DNA from: a bacterium
GTDB taxonomy: Bacteria; Myxococcota_A; UBA9160; SZUA-336
Reading direction: 5' to 3'
NCBI GenBank assembly: GCA_041498295.1
Contig: JBGQIB010000003.1
Coordinates: 2,220 to 66,219 of the forward strand
Length of the DNA: 64,000 nt
This document shows positions 31,049 through 41,383 of the stretch, piece by piece (the stretch's first letter is position 1; each line of letters begins with the position of its first letter). Below the pieces are notes generated by a model, which saw only the letters and a list, made by a program, of their open reading frames with translations, had not been told where the DNA came from and searched no databases. The translations under genes and the position numbers were made by a program.

Positions 31049-31376
31049 GCAAATCGAGCTCGCGCACGTGCGGGAACTCCATGTTCGGGCGGTCGCCCCG
31101 CGCCTCGGTGAGCTTGTCCATGCGCTCCCAGATCTCCATCACGTCGGGGTGCTCGCTCGCGAGCTTCGACCCGTCCGCCTGCGCCCACTCGAATATCTCG
31201 AAGAAGAGCGGCCTGCCGTCGTTCTGCTCGGCGCCGCGATAGTGCGTGGGCCGGGTCTCGGTCGCAAGGCCGAGCTCCCGCAGCGTCGGCCAGTGGCGCT
31301 CGAGCAGGCGCGTGAATGCGGCTTCGTTGCCCTGGGCGACGCGGTAGATGCAGACGACCGTTTCGGGCGTAGCCAT
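31035..31376 (-). CDS. hypothetical small protein co-transcribed with ArsR
   Basis: ATG at 31376 preceded by GGAGG; coding-like composition; no family recognised with confidence. Confidence 0.5.
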   Translation of the reverse strand: MATPETVVCIYRVAQGNEAAFTRLLERHWPTLRELGLATETRPTHYRGAEQNDGRPLFFEIFEWAQADGSKLASEHPDVMEIWERMDKLTEARGDRPNMEFPHVRELDLLGQT

Positions 31377-31494
31377 CTCGGAGCCTCCATATTTATTAGC
31401 GGATCGGCTAATCATCCGCCCGGGGCGCCGCGGCCGTCAAGCTAGATCCGCTCGAGCTCCGGACGCGTGCGCGCGTCGCGCACGTTCCCCGTGT

Positions 31495-31611
31495 TCAAGG
31501 TCGACTCGGGCGACCACGCTTCACGAGGCGTACTTGCTGCCCGTTCAGCTCGCCGACGACCTTGGGACTCCGGTGAGCCGAGACCAGCGCGAGATTCTCG
31601 GCGAGATTGAC
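31495..31611 (-). pseudogene. remnant of a cupin-domain gene (N-terminal about 35 codons only)
   Basis: ALNKVNLAENLALVSAHRSPKVVGELNGQQVRLVK matches the common cupin N-terminus (xWSPKxxxELNGxxxKLVK). No start codon, and it stops before the His motifs. Confidence 0.4.
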
Positions 31612-31616
31612 CTTGT

Positions 31617-33170
31617 TCAGCGCCGCACCTCGATGTCGCGCCACGCGTCGAGCTCTTCCTGACGCGGCGCCTGCTCGGCGCGACACGGGACGTCGAGAAT
31701 CATCGTGTCGCGACGCTCCTTGGTGTAGGGACGCCAGGTCGGAAGGCCGGTGTGGTTCGGGTCGCCGGAGCGCGCGAACTGGAGCCACGTCTCGGAGAGC
31801 GTGTTTGCGAGCGCGCCCTTGTCGGGGCGCTCGCCGGTGATCGGCACGCCGTCGACGTTGTCGAACACGAACGGGATCTCGAGCGCGTGGGCCGCCTTGA
31901 ACAGACCGCCCATGTAGTCCGACTGCCAAGCGAACAGATACATGAACACGGGCGCGGTTCCGCCCTCGGCCTTCCGCTCCGCGAGTCGGATCGACATGAT
32001 GCGCGTGGGCTCGGTCGAGATCGCTATGAACAGGTCCCAGGGCGTGGCCTCGGGGCGCGTGCGCTTGTAGGTCGCGAGCACGCGCTCGAGCTTGTCGCCG
32101 AGCATCGAGGTGAGTCGCCGGCGCAGATCCTCCTCGCTGAGCGTGCGCCGCTTCGGGTCGGCCGCCACGAACATCGCGGCCTCGTCGAGATTCGTGCCGA
32201 TCATGAGCGGCACACCGGCCGCGCTCGGGGCGGCCGTTGGGTGGAACGGGTGACTCGGGAAGTGAGTGCCGTCGACCACCGGTGAGAGCTGGAACATCGC
32301 CGGCGCGCCGAGCAGGAACGGCCCCGTGCCGGGCTTGCCGGGCGGCATTCTGCCGATGACATCGAGAAGCCGTTGCGCCGGAACCTGCTGCAGCTTGCGC
32401 GCGTCGCTCGGCGGAATCTCGAGCTTCGCGAGCAGGGTCTCCGTGAATGCCTGCGCGATCGCGCGCTCGACGCCGCGCAGCCCCGGCCCGCTTTGCACCA
32501 CCGCGCGGTGGAACAAGCCCTGCGCCGCCGGCAGCGCGAGCATCGTGCTCACCTTCGCGCCGCCGCCCGACTCACCGAAGATCGTCACGTTGTTCGAGTC
32601 GCCGCCGATCGCCGCGGCGTTGTCGCGCAGCCACTGCAGGGCGAGCACGACGTCCAGCAGTCCCGCGACGCCCGAGCCCGAAAACTCCTCGCCGAGCGCG
32701 TCCGCGAGGTGCAGATACCCGAACACGTTCAGGCGGTGATTCACCGTGATCACGACCGCGTCGCCGCGGCGCGCGAGGTTCGCGCCGTCGTACCACGTCT
32801 CGGAGCCCGCGCCCGCGCTGAAGCCGCGGCCGTGCAGCCAGACCATCATCGGGCGCCGGCGGCCGTCGCCGAGGCCCGGCGTCCAGACGTTCAGCGCGAG
32901 ACAGTCCTCGCTCTGCGGCAGATAGCGCACGCTGCCGATCACGCGCGCATCCGACAGCGCCGGGTCGACGAGCGAGCCGAGCTGCGGGCAGATCGGGCCG
33001 AAGTCGGTCGCGTCGCGCACGCCACTCCACGGCGCGCGCGCTACGGGCAGCCGAAAGCGCCGCTCGCCGTCCGTCGCCTCGCCGTAGGGCACGCCCGCGA
33101 AGCGGTGAATTCCACGCTCGCTGGTTCCGCGCAGCTTCCCTGCGCTCGTCTCGATGACCGGCTCACTCAT
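31617..33170 (-). CDS. type-B carboxylesterase/lipase
   Basis: PMMVWLHGRGF and FGESGGG nucleophile motif; 517 aa. Confidence 0.9.
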   Translation of the reverse strand: MSEPVIETSAGKLRGTSERGIHRFAGVPYGEATDGERRFRLPVARAPWSGVRDATDFGPICPQLGSLVDPALSDARVIGSVRYLPQSEDCLALNVWTPGLGDGRRRPMMVWLHGRGFSAGAGSETWYDGANLARRGDAVVITVNHRLNVFGYLHLADALGEEFSGSGVAGLLDVVLALQWLRDNAAAIGGDSNNVTIFGESGGGAKVSTMLALPAAQGLFHRAVVQSGPGLRGVERAIAQAFTETLLAKLEIPPSDARKLQQVPAQRLLDVIGRMPPGKPGTGPFLLGAPAMFQLSPVVDGTHFPSHPFHPTAAPSAAGVPLMIGTNLDEAAMFVAADPKRRTLSEEDLRRRLTSMLGDKLERVLATYKRTRPEATPWDLFIAISTEPTRIMSIRLAERKAEGGTAPVFMYLFAWQSDYMGGLFKAAHALEIPFVFDNVDGVPITGERPDKGALANTLSETWLQFARSGDPNHTGLPTWRPYTKERRDTMILDVPCRAEQAPRQEELDAWRDIEVRR

Positions 33171-33200
33171 GACTGCACGTCCTCCGTGCAGCGCAGAGTA

Positions 33201-33746
33201 TCAGGTCGCGTCGCGCGCCTTCCAGGAAAGTTCCCAGACACACGAGAGCGCGCCGATCACGCGGCACTTGGTGTGGTGCACCTGCACGTCCTCGAAGCCG
33301 AGGATCGACATGCGCTCCGCCTGGTAACCCGTGAACGTGTCGCAGATTTCGCGCGTGGGCAGCGCGAAATTCAGGAGCTCCACGACCGCGTGGCCCGCCT
33401 CGCGCTCGACCACCCGCAGCTCGCCGGTGTCGTACATCGACGAGAGCAGCGTGAAGGCGGCCTTGCGATCGGCGTTCTTGTTGAAGCGGCTGTACGTGCC
33501 TTCCATGTGCGCGCGCGCCGCGTCTCGGCCCATCTTCTCGCACGGATTCACGCGCCCGCCGCCGCCAGCCTTCATCATCGCGCGCAGGATCTCGGCGTAC
33601 TCCTCGAGCGGATACCAGGACGCGAGCACGATGCGCTGCTCGAGGTAATGCGCCAGCTTCGCGGGCAAGAGCGACGTTCCGCGCTCACCTTGCGCCTGGA
33701 GCGCCTTCACTGCCTCGACGACGACGGTTCCCTTGGCGTGAGCCAT
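33201..33746 (-). CDS. hypothetical protein (possibly DUF2378/TIGR02265-like)
   Basis: 181-aa ORF with coding-like composition. The family guess is from memory only. Confidence 0.55.
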   Translation of the reverse strand: MAHAKGTVVVEAVKALQAQGERGTSLLPAKLAHYLEQRIVLASWYPLEEYAEILRAMMKAGGGGRVNPCEKMGRDAARAHMEGTYSRFNKNADRKAAFTLLSSMYDTGELRVVEREAGHAVVELLNFALPTREICDTFTGYQAERMSILGFEDVQVHHTKCRVIGALSCVWELSWKARDAT

Positions 33747-33838
33747 GGCGGTCGATCGGCCGGCGCTGTAGGCGGCTTGAGATCAGTGCGACGGCTGGCG
33801 CGCAGGCATCCCCATCGACCCGATATCATGCGCGCACC

Positions 33839-34681
33839 ATGACGACAGCCACACCCGAACCCGACCTCTTCGCAGCGGACGAGCTCGCGGACTTCGAGCG
33901 CCGCGACGTGACTCTGCTCGACAAGACGAAGCTCGTGTTCGTCGCGGGCAGCGGCCCCGCGGTGATCGTGATGTCGGAGATGCCCGGCATCTACGCTGGC
34001 GTCTCGCGCTTCGCGCGCATGGTGCGCGACGCCGGCTTCACGGTCTGGATGCCGCAGCTCTTCGGCATCCCGGGCCACGCGCCGACGATGGGCTACGGGC
34101 TGCGCAGCATGGTGATGGGCTGCATCAGCCGCGAGTTCCGCGCGTTCGCCGCGAACGAGTCGAGCCCAGTCACTGCCTGGCTGCGCGCGCTCTCCGCGCA
34201 CGCGCACCCGCTGTGCGGCGGGAAGGGCGTCGGCGCGATCGGCATGTGCTTCACCGGGAACTTCGCGCTCTCGATGATGCTCGAGCCCGCGATGCTCGCG
34301 CCGGTTCTCTCGCAGCCGTCGCTGCCGCTGTTCCGCGCCGGCGGCATGCACATCTCGCCGGACGAGCTCGAGCAAGTGAAGAAGCGCCTCGAGCGCGAGG
34401 ACCTCACGGTGCGCGCGTACCGCTTCGAGGGCGATCCGTTCTGCAAGGCCGCGCGCTTCGAGGCCTACCAGCAGGCACTCGGTCCGCGCTTCGAGGCGCG
34501 CGTGCTGCCCAACTCGGCCGCGCGCAAGGGCACGCCCATGCCGCCGCACAGCGTCGTCACCATGCACCTCATCGATCGCGCCGGCGAGCCGACCCGCGCC
34601 GCCGTCGACGAGATACTCGCGTTCTTCGCCGAGCGCCTGAACGCGCCCCCTTTGGCTCTAGACGGCGCGCTCCGCGAGTAG
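33839..34681 (+). CDS. dienelactone hydrolase family protein
   Basis: GAIGMCFTGNF nucleophile-Cys context and overall DLH length. Confidence 0.8.
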   Translation: MTTATPEPDLFAADELADFERRDVTLLDKTKLVFVAGSGPAVIVMSEMPGIYAGVSRFARMVRDAGFTVWMPQLFGIPGHAPTMGYGLRSMVMGCISREFRAFAANESSPVTAWLRALSAHAHPLCGGKGVGAIGMCFTGNFALSMMLEPAMLAPVLSQPSLPLFRAGGMHISPDELEQVKKRLEREDLTVRAYRFEGDPFCKAARFEAYQQALGPRFEARVLPNSAARKGTPMPPHSVVTMHLIDRAGEPTRAAVDEILAFFAERLNAPPLALDGALRE

Positions 34682-35095
34682 ACGGAACGCGAAGACCGCC
34701 CACAGCACGAAGATCAAGACGGTGCCCGCCGCGTACGCGTAGAAGCGGTGCATCACCCTGTTGTACGTGAGGTGGATGAAGCTGTGCAGCACGCGCAGCG
34801 CCACGAAGACCCACGCGCCGACGACGAAGAATGGAGTCACGTGGTCCCACGCGGCGAGACACGCGCACAGCGTGTAGAAGAGAACCGGGACCTCGAAGAG
34901 GTTCTTGAAGTTGTCCGCAGCTTCGACGCGCTCGAGCGAGCCCGCGCCGAGCACGGAATTGCGCACCGACTGCGGCTCGATCTTCTTCTCCCCAATCTCG
35001 GCGATCCGCACGACGTACATGCGCACCCAAACGATCGCGGTGAGCACGACCAGCGCGGCGCACGGCAAGAAGATGTCGACCTTCGCAACGATCAA
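34658..35095 (-). CDS. MAPEG-family membrane protein
   Basis: About 145 aa, four hydrophobic helices, NFKNLFEVPVLFY pattern. TTG start inferred. Confidence 0.6.
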   Translation of the reverse strand: MIVAKVDIFLPCAALVVLTAIVWVRMYVVRIAEIGEKKIEPQSVRNSVLGAGSLERVEAADNFKNLFEVPVLFYTLCACLAAWDHVTPFFVVGAWVFVALRVLHSFIHLTYNRVMHRFYAYAAGTVLIFVLWAVFAFRLLAERAV

Positions 35096-35099
35096 GCGT

Positions 35100-36059
35100 T
35101 CAGCTCCCCAACGATGCGGCGATGAACTCTTGGCAGCGCTTGTTCGCCTTCGCGGCGAGTGGGAGCGGGAACAAGTTGAAGCCGTGCACACCGCCCGGGT
35201 AGACCACGAGCTCCGCGCGGCTGCCCGCGGCGGCCCAGCGCGCGGACATGAAGAGACTGTCGTCGATCAGGGGATCGAGCGTACCGACGCTGAACAGCGC
35301 CGGCGGCAGACTGTGGAGATCCGCGTAGAGCGGCGACGCGTCGGGATTTCCGCGCTGGCTCTTGTCCGGAATGAAGTGATTCGAGAACCACTCGATGATC
35401 GGCGTCGAGAGGATCAAATAGCGCTCGCCCCAGTTGCGCACGCTGGGAGTGAAGGTCAGGTCGTAGATCCCGTAGACGAGGTTCGCGCCGCGGAACGGAG
35501 TCAGATGGTGGCGGTCGCGCAGGCGGATCATCGTGACCGCCGCGAGGTGCGCACCCGCCGACTCACCGCCGATCGCGAAGCGCTCGCTGCCGAACTCGCG
35601 CGCCGCGTTCTCGATGACCCAAAGCGCCGCGGCTTCGCAGTCGTCCGGCCCGGCCGGGTACGGGTGCTCCGGCGCGAGTCGGTAGCCCGCGCTCACCACC
35701 ACCGCGTTCGCCGCGTTCGCGATCTGGTCGAGCATCACATCCTGGCCGTCGTGACTCCCGAGCGCGTGTCCGCCGCCGTGGATGTGGAGGTACACGCCGC
35801 GCACCGCGCCGCTCTTCGGTCGAATCACGCGCAGCGGAATCTCGCCCGCGGGTCCGCGAATCACTCGCGTCTGCGCGTGAGGCAGACGCACGAGCGGCCC
35901 GAACGTCCCCTGCCCCGACTCGCGCGCCGCGCGAATCGCCTGCGGCGTCTGCGTGTGAATGGGCGGCGTCTGCGCGAGCAGCTTCTCGAGCATCTCGTTC
36001 GCGGTCTGCGTTTCGGGATCGATCGCCTCGGGCGCAAAGAGATGCGGGTCGAGCGTCAT
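35100..36059 (-). CDS. alpha/beta-hydrolase fold-3 esterase (hormone-sensitive-lipase family)
   Basis: HIHGGGH oxyanion motif and GESAGAH nucleophile elbow. Start at the internal ATG 36059. Confidence 0.85.
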   Translation of the reverse strand: MTLDPHLFAPEAIDPETQTANEMLEKLLAQTPPIHTQTPQAIRAARESGQGTFGPLVRLPHAQTRVIRGPAGEIPLRVIRPKSGAVRGVYLHIHGGGHALGSHDGQDVMLDQIANAANAVVVSAGYRLAPEHPYPAGPDDCEAAALWVIENAAREFGSERFAIGGESAGAHLAAVTMIRLRDRHHLTPFRGANLVYGIYDLTFTPSVRNWGERYLILSTPIIEWFSNHFIPDKSQRGNPDASPLYADLHSLPPALFSVGTLDPLIDDSLFMSARWAAAGSRAELVVYPGGVHGFNLFPLPLAAKANKRCQEFIAASLGS

Positions 36060-36082
36060 CGAATCGTCCTCCGCCACACAGT

Positions 36083-36973
36083 CTACTTCGCGCGCAGGAA
36101 GTCGCGGAGCTCGCGCGCGAGCGCCTGGGGCGCGTCCTCTTGCACGTTGTGTCCGGCATCGGGAACTCGGACCCACGAACCGTTCGGGAAGCAGGCCGCG
36201 AACGCCGCGACTTTCTCATCGGTCAGCACGCGGCTGCGCCCGCCGCGCACGATGCGCACCGGCATCGCCATGGGCTTCGCGAGCTCCGGCAGCTCCTCGA
36301 GCTTCGCGAGGATGTGCGCGTAGTCGTGCGGGCGGCGCCGATCGTTGCGCCAGGCGAGCGAGCCGTCGGGCAGGCGGTGGCTCATGTGGATGTAGCGGTA
36401 CAGGATCTTGTCGCGCGGACCGCCGCTCGTGCTCACCGCGAAGGCGCGATCGACCAGCTCGTCGAGCGAGAGCTCCGCGATCGCCTGGCTCATGAACTCG
36501 CGCATGCCCTGGGTCGCGGTGAAGTCCACCCCCGGCCCGACGTCGACGAGCGTGAGCGAGCGCGCGCGGGTGAGCGGCGACGCGGCGTAGTGCGCGGCCA
36601 CGTTCCCGCCCAGCGACATGCCGACGACGTGGAATTCGTCCCCGCCGAGCTCATCGGCCAGCGCCTCGACGTCGCGCACGGAGTCGGGAATCGAGTAGCG
36701 CTCGCTCCAGTCACTGAGCCCGTGACCGCGCAGATCGAGCGCAACGCAGTGAAAGTCACTTCCGAGCTCGAGCGCGACGAGGTCCCACGTGTGCGCGGTG
36801 AGCGCGCCGCCGTGCAGAAGCACGATCGTGTCTCCGCGGCCCGGCCAGTCGAGATAGTGGAGCTCGAGATTGTCGGGTGTCCGGAAGCGGCGCGAATGCG
36901 GCGCGAAGCCGGGAGGCACACAAATTCCGAAAGCTGCCGCGAGGCGCGTGAGAACGTCGTCGGAGCTCGGCAC
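36083..36973 (-). CDS. alpha/beta hydrolase
   Basis: LLHGGALTAHTW and VGMSLGG motifs. Confidence 0.85.
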   Translation of the reverse strand: MPSSDDVLTRLAAAFGICVPPGFAPHSRRFRTPDNLELHYLDWPGRGDTIVLLHGGALTAHTWDLVALELGSDFHCVALDLRGHGLSDWSERYSIPDSVRDVEALADELGGDEFHVVGMSLGGNVAAHYAASPLTRARSLTLVDVGPGVDFTATQGMREFMSQAIAELSLDELVDRAFAVSTSGGPRDKILYRYIHMSHRLPDGSLAWRNDRRRPHDYAHILAKLEELPELAKPMAMPVRIVRGGRSRVLTDEKVAAFAACFPNGSWVRVPDAGHNVQEDAPQALARELRDFLRAK

Positions 36974-37016
36974 GAGAGGAGCCTACCCTCCGAGCAGGTG
37001 TTAAGCTTCGCGTGAC

Positions 37017-38945
37017 GTGGCTGCCCCTGTGCTCTCGATGCTGCTCTGCTCGCTGCTGTTGTTTGTCGCGCTGCCGGCGCGCGCCGCGTCCGTGACGAGC
37101 ACGTGGCTGGGCGGCACCGGGGACTGGACGGATCCCGCGCACTGGAACGGCGCCGTCGTTCCTCAAAACACGGGCACCGATTCGTACGATGCGGCGATCG
37201 ATGGGGGGAACCCGGGCGCATCCGAGGTGACCCTCGATTCGCAAGACACCATCGGTTCGCTCCAGGTCGACGCGGGTGATGCCCTTGTCGTGACTCCGAC
37301 CGGCCAACTCACGCTCGACGGCGATCGGATCGAGAACGCGGGTGAGGTGACGCTGCACGGCATCGGCAGCGGGTACCCGCCGCCATCCCTCGTCGCGAGC
37401 GCGCCTGACACCGTGATCTCGGGCGGCGGGTCCATGGTTCTGGACGGCGGTGACCTCTTCGGCTCCTCGCTCGCGAACATGGACAATCGGATCGCGGGAT
37501 GGGGAACGATCACATCCGAGACCGGGGTCCAAGGCGGGGAAGGCTTCAGGAACTACGGCGTTGTCGAGGCGAACGTCGCGGGAAAGACGCTCGGGGTCGG
37601 GAACTCCGGAGTGAACTATGGGACGATGCGAGCCGTCGGTGGCGGAACTCTCCTTCTGCAGGGCGGCGGCACGGTCTACCTCAACCGAGGGTCCGTCGAA
37701 GCGCTGGACGGATCGGAGGTCGGATCAAACGACTTCTTCGAGTCTCTGGGCGGCAGCTTCACTGCCCTCCGCCACAGCACAATGAACCTGGCGGGGAGCT
37801 ACTCTGACGGGACTCAGTTCGTGACCGATGCGGACAGTCAGATCTCTCTCGACAACTACACACACGGCACTCTCGACGGCGTGACTTTCGACGGTCAGAT
37901 CGAGCTGAGAGACTCGGGTGTGAGCGGCACCATCACGAACCGCGGGTTGATTCGTGGTGGAGTAACTGCCGTCGGCCCGACGACCATCGTAAATCAAGGC
38001 CGAATCGTCCTTCAGTACGAGGAATCCCAGCACGGCGACGTTCTCTCGTTTGCCGGCGGCGGAACGGTGACGCTCGACGCGACGAATGCCGACCCAGGGT
38101 ATCGTCCCGGGCCGATTCGAAATGTCGACAACGAGCTGAGCGGAACGGGGAGGCTTGGGCTCCTCCAAAATGGGGGTCTCATCGAGGCATCGGGCGGCGC
38201 GCTCCAAATCGGTGGATCTCAGCTCGATCACACCGGGGTCTTCGCTGCAGCCCCGGGTGGCTCTCTGGCGATGGCAGCTACCGTCACCGGAGCTGGATCT
38301 TGGCGCGCCGACGGCGGCCAGATCCACGTCACGGGCAACGTCGCCACTACCGGCGACATCGAGGTCCTCCACAGTGGCTCACTCGCGGTGGATACGGTGA
38401 TGTCCGGCAACGATCTCGTCGTCGACAACACCAGCTCACTCGACGTGCAGGGCATCTTGCGCTTGGCGGGAGACATCGACCTCGACGGCGCGAACAACGG
38501 GCGCTGGCACTTCGGCCCAAGCGCGTCTCTCGAGATCAACGGCGCGCGCGGCGCCGCGATCGGTGACTGGGGTGACTGGCAGTTCCTCGAGGCGACGGGG
38601 ATCAATCTGTTCCTCCAGCCCGTGGACGGCGGCATCATGAGCATGGGCTTGTATCTCCCCGAGATCGTGATCGGCCCGGATGGCCGCCTCGTTCTCCGCG
38701 ATCGCCGCGACAACGGAAATCGCCCGTTCAACCTCCCCGAGGTCGTCTACGTCGATACCCTCGTCTTCTCCGACTCACTCGGCCTTTTGAACCTGAACGG
38801 AATCGCGCTCTACTACAACCACCTCGTCGGCTCCGCGGAGCAGATCATCAATGTGGCGGTGCCCGAGCCCGGCGCGGGCTGGCTTCTCGGCGCGGCGTTC
38901 GCCTTCGTGGTCGCTGCGCGAGAGCTGCGCAACAAAGAGCCGTAG
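37017..38945 (+). CDS. PEP-CTERM-anchored surface protein with autotransporter-type beta-strand repeats
   Basis: Signal peptide; WLGGTGDWTDPAHWNG repeat start; C-terminal VPEPGAGWLLGAAFAFVVAARELR PEP-CTERM sorting signal. Confidence 0.8.
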   Translation: MAAPVLSMLLCSLLLFVALPARAASVTSTWLGGTGDWTDPAHWNGAVVPQNTGTDSYDAAIDGGNPGASEVTLDSQDTIGSLQVDAGDALVVTPTGQLTLDGDRIENAGEVTLHGIGSGYPPPSLVASAPDTVISGGGSMVLDGGDLFGSSLANMDNRIAGWGTITSETGVQGGEGFRNYGVVEANVAGKTLGVGNSGVNYGTMRAVGGGTLLLQGGGTVYLNRGSVEALDGSEVGSNDFFESLGGSFTALRHSTMNLAGSYSDGTQFVTDADSQISLDNYTHGTLDGVTFDGQIELRDSGVSGTITNRGLIRGGVTAVGPTTIVNQGRIVLQYEESQHGDVLSFAGGGTVTLDATNADPGYRPGPIRNVDNELSGTGRLGLLQNGGLIEASGGALQIGGSQLDHTGVFAAAPGGSLAMAATVTGAGSWRADGGQIHVTGNVATTGDIEVLHSGSLAVDTVMSGNDLVVDNTSSLDVQGILRLAGDIDLDGANNGRWHFGPSASLEINGARGAAIGDWGDWQFLEATGINLFLQPVDGGIMSMGLYLPEIVIGPDGRLVLRDRRDNGNRPFNLPEVVYVDTLVFSDSLGLLNLNGIALYYNHLVGSAEQIINVAVPEPGAGWLLGAAFAFVVAARELRNKEP

Positions 38946-38960
38946 CTGCCGAAATCTTGA

Positions 38961-38988
38961 GCAGGATCGGCCCCATAGGTTATCCTGC
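38961..38988 (+). terminator. weak hairpin after the PEP-CTERM gene
   Basis: GCAGGAT-N14-ATCCTGC, a 7-bp stem 16 nt after the stop. No clear T-tract. Confidence 0.25.
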
Positions 38989-39014
38989 CGGCCCCGCGCG
39001 GAGTCCTCTGGCGC

Positions 39015-39521
39015 GTGCACAACGAAGGAGAGCGACCTCTGGCGCACCCCCGACTCGGCCGAGCGGACGCGGCTGCCGCGATCTGGAATTGGCGCGCTTC
39101 CGACGCGTCCAAGACCGGGCGCGACGCGGCTGCGGCAAGCCAGGCGCGGCTGCGCGGCGTGGTTCGCGGGCTCGTCCTCGCCGCCGTCGGCTCCTTGGTC
39201 TTCCTCTTCTGGTCGCGCGGCCTCGGCAGCGTCGCACTCGGCGTCTCGGCCGTCGTGCTGGCCTCGGCTCTCGTGTCGCCCACCGGCCTGTACGCGGCGC
39301 TCGAACGCGCGCTCGAGGCCCTGACCCGCGCCACCGGCCTCGGCCTCACGTGGGTCTCCATGTCGCTGATCTTCTTCCTCGTAGTCACGCCGTTCGGCTA
39401 TTTCTTCCGCCGCGGCCGGCGCGATCCGATGCGCCGCTACTACGAGCCGGGCGCGACCACCTATTGGTCCGAGCGCACGCTCGGCCGCAGCGCGTCCAAA
39501 CTTCGCGCGCGTCAGTTCTAA
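39015..39521 (+). CDS. SxtJ-family membrane protein
   Basis: FFLVVTPFGYFFRRGRRDPMRR...YW pattern, and position directly upstream of a carbamoyltransferase as in SxtJ-type cassettes. Confidence 0.55.
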   Translation: MHNEGERPLAHPRLGRADAAAAIWNWRASDASKTGRDAAAASQARLRGVVRGLVLAAVGSLVFLFWSRGLGSVALGVSAVVLASALVSPTGLYAALERALEALTRATGLGLTWVSMSLIFFLVVTPFGYFFRRGRRDPMRRYYEPGATTYWSERTLGRSASKLRARQF

Positions 39522-39527
39522 GGCGTC

Positions 39528-41360
39528 ATGAAGATTCTCGGCATCAGCTGCTTCTACCACGACTCGGCGGCATGTCTCGTAGACGACGGCGAGATCGTCG
39601 CAGCCGCGCAGGAAGAGCGCTTCACGCGCGAGCGGCACGACCAGGATTTTCCGGAGAACGCGGTTCGCTACTGCCTCGCCGAGGCGGGAGTCAGCGGCGG
39701 GAAGGTCGACGCGGTCGCCTTCTACGACAAGCCGATCCTGAAGTTCCAGCGCATCCTCGAGACGTACTTTTCAGTGGCGCCGCACGGGCTGCGCTCGTTT
39801 GCGAAGGCAGTGCCGCTCTGGCTGCGCGAGAAGCTGTGGATCGAGGACACGATCCGCGAGTCACTCCGCGCCTGCGGGATCGAGCCGCCCGAACAGCTGT
39901 GGTTCCCCGAGCACCACGAATCACACGCGGCAAGCGCGTTCTACCCCTCGCCGTTCCCCGAGGCCGCGGTGCTCACGGTCGACGGCGTCGGCGAGTGGGC
40001 CACGGCCACGATCGGCCTCGGCGAAGGCGCGAAGCTCGAGCTGATCCGCCAGCTCGATTTCCCGCACTCACTCGGCCTGCTCTACTCGGCGTTCACCTAC
40101 TTCACCGGCTTCAAGGTGAACTCGGCCGAGTACAAGTTGATGGGCCTGGCGCCCTACGGCGAGCCCAAGTACGTCGCTCGCATCCTCGAGCACCTGCTCG
40201 ACCTGAAGGAGGACGGATCCTTCCGGCTCGACATGTCTCACTTCGGCTACCTCGACGACCTGGTCATGACCAATGACTCGTTCGCGAAGCTGTTCGACGG
40301 CCCGGCGCGCAGGCCCGAGAGCCCGGTCACGCGCCGCGAGATGGACATCGCGCGCTCGATCCAGGAGGTCACCGAGGAGATCGTGCTGCGCATGGCGCGC
40401 CACGCGCGGAAGCTCACCGGCAAGCGCAATCTGTGTCTCGCCGGCGGCGTGGCCCTGAACTGCGTCGCGAACGGGCGGCTGCTGCGCGCGGGAATCTTCG
40501 ACGATCTCTGGATCCAGCCGGCGGCCGGGGATGCGGGCGGCGCGATCGGCGCGGCGCTCGCCATCTGGCACAACGAGCTCGGCAAGCCGCGCAGCGCCGA
40601 CGGCCAGCACGACGGCATGTCGGGCGCGCTGCTCGGTCCGGAGTTCTCCGCCGCTCAGATCCGCGAGTATCTCGACGCGCACCGCTATCCCTACCGCGAG
40701 CTCGGCGACGCGGAGTGGGCGTCCGAAGTCGCGCGCATCGTCGCGAACGAGAACGTCGTGGGTCTGTTTCAGGGCCGCATGGAGTTCGGGCCGCGCGCGC
40801 TCGGCAGCCGCTCGATCATCGCCGATCCGCGCTCGCCCAAGATGCAGTCCGTGCTGAACCTGAAGACGAAGTTCCGCGAGAGCTTCCGGCCCTTCGCGCC
40901 GTCGTGTTTGGAAGAGGCGGCCGCCGAGTATTTCGAGCTCGATCGCCCCTCGCCCTACATGATGCTGGTCGCGAACCTGCGCGCGGAGCGGCAGATCCCG
41001 CCGCACGGCGACGAGCGCGAGCTCGAGATTCACCAGTGGGTGAATCGCCCGCGCTCGGACCTCCCGGCCGTGACTCACGTCGACTACTCGGCGCGCATCC
41101 AGACGGTGAGCGCCGAGACGAACCCGCGCTTTCACGCGCTGCTCGCCGCGTTCCGCGAGCTCACCGGCTGCGCCGTTCTGATCAACACGAGCTTCAACGT
41201 GCGCGGTGAACCGATCGTGTGTACGCCTTCCGACGCGTATCGCTGCTTCATGCGCAGCGAGATGGACTATCTGGCGCTCGGGCCGTTCCTGCTCGCGAAG
41301 GGCGAGCAGCCGCGCTGGCAGGAGTCGGAAAACTGGAGAGCGACGCTCGCGCTGGACTAG
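39528..41360 (+). CDS. carbamoyltransferase (NodU/CmcH family)
   Basis: MKILGISCFYHDSAA, CLAGGVALNC and INTSFNVRGEPIV motifs. Confidence 0.9.
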   Translation: MKILGISCFYHDSAACLVDDGEIVAAAQEERFTRERHDQDFPENAVRYCLAEAGVSGGKVDAVAFYDKPILKFQRILETYFSVAPHGLRSFAKAVPLWLREKLWIEDTIRESLRACGIEPPEQLWFPEHHESHAASAFYPSPFPEAAVLTVDGVGEWATATIGLGEGAKLELIRQLDFPHSLGLLYSAFTYFTGFKVNSAEYKLMGLAPYGEPKYVARILEHLLDLKEDGSFRLDMSHFGYLDDLVMTNDSFAKLFDGPARRPESPVTRREMDIARSIQEVTEEIVLRMARHARKLTGKRNLCLAGGVALNCVANGRLLRAGIFDDLWIQPAAGDAGGAIGAALAIWHNELGKPRSADGQHDGMSGALLGPEFSAAQIREYLDAHRYPYRELGDAEWASEVARIVANENVVGLFQGRMEFGPRALGSRSIIADPRSPKMQSVLNLKTKFRESFRPFAPSCLEEAAAEYFELDRPSPYMMLVANLRAERQIPPHGDERELEIHQWVNRPRSDLPAVTHVDYSARIQTVSAETNPRFHALLAAFRELTGCAVLINTSFNVRGEPIVCTPSDAYRCFMRSEMDYLALGPFLLAKGEQPRWQESENWRATLALD

Positions 41361-41383
41361 CGCGAACGGAGCGTGGAGTGACT

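Noticed and set aside
38569-38586. Direct repeat GGTGACTGG x2.
   Set aside because: It encodes a GDWGDW dipeptide repeat within the PEP-CTERM protein, so it is a coding coincidence rather than a structural element.
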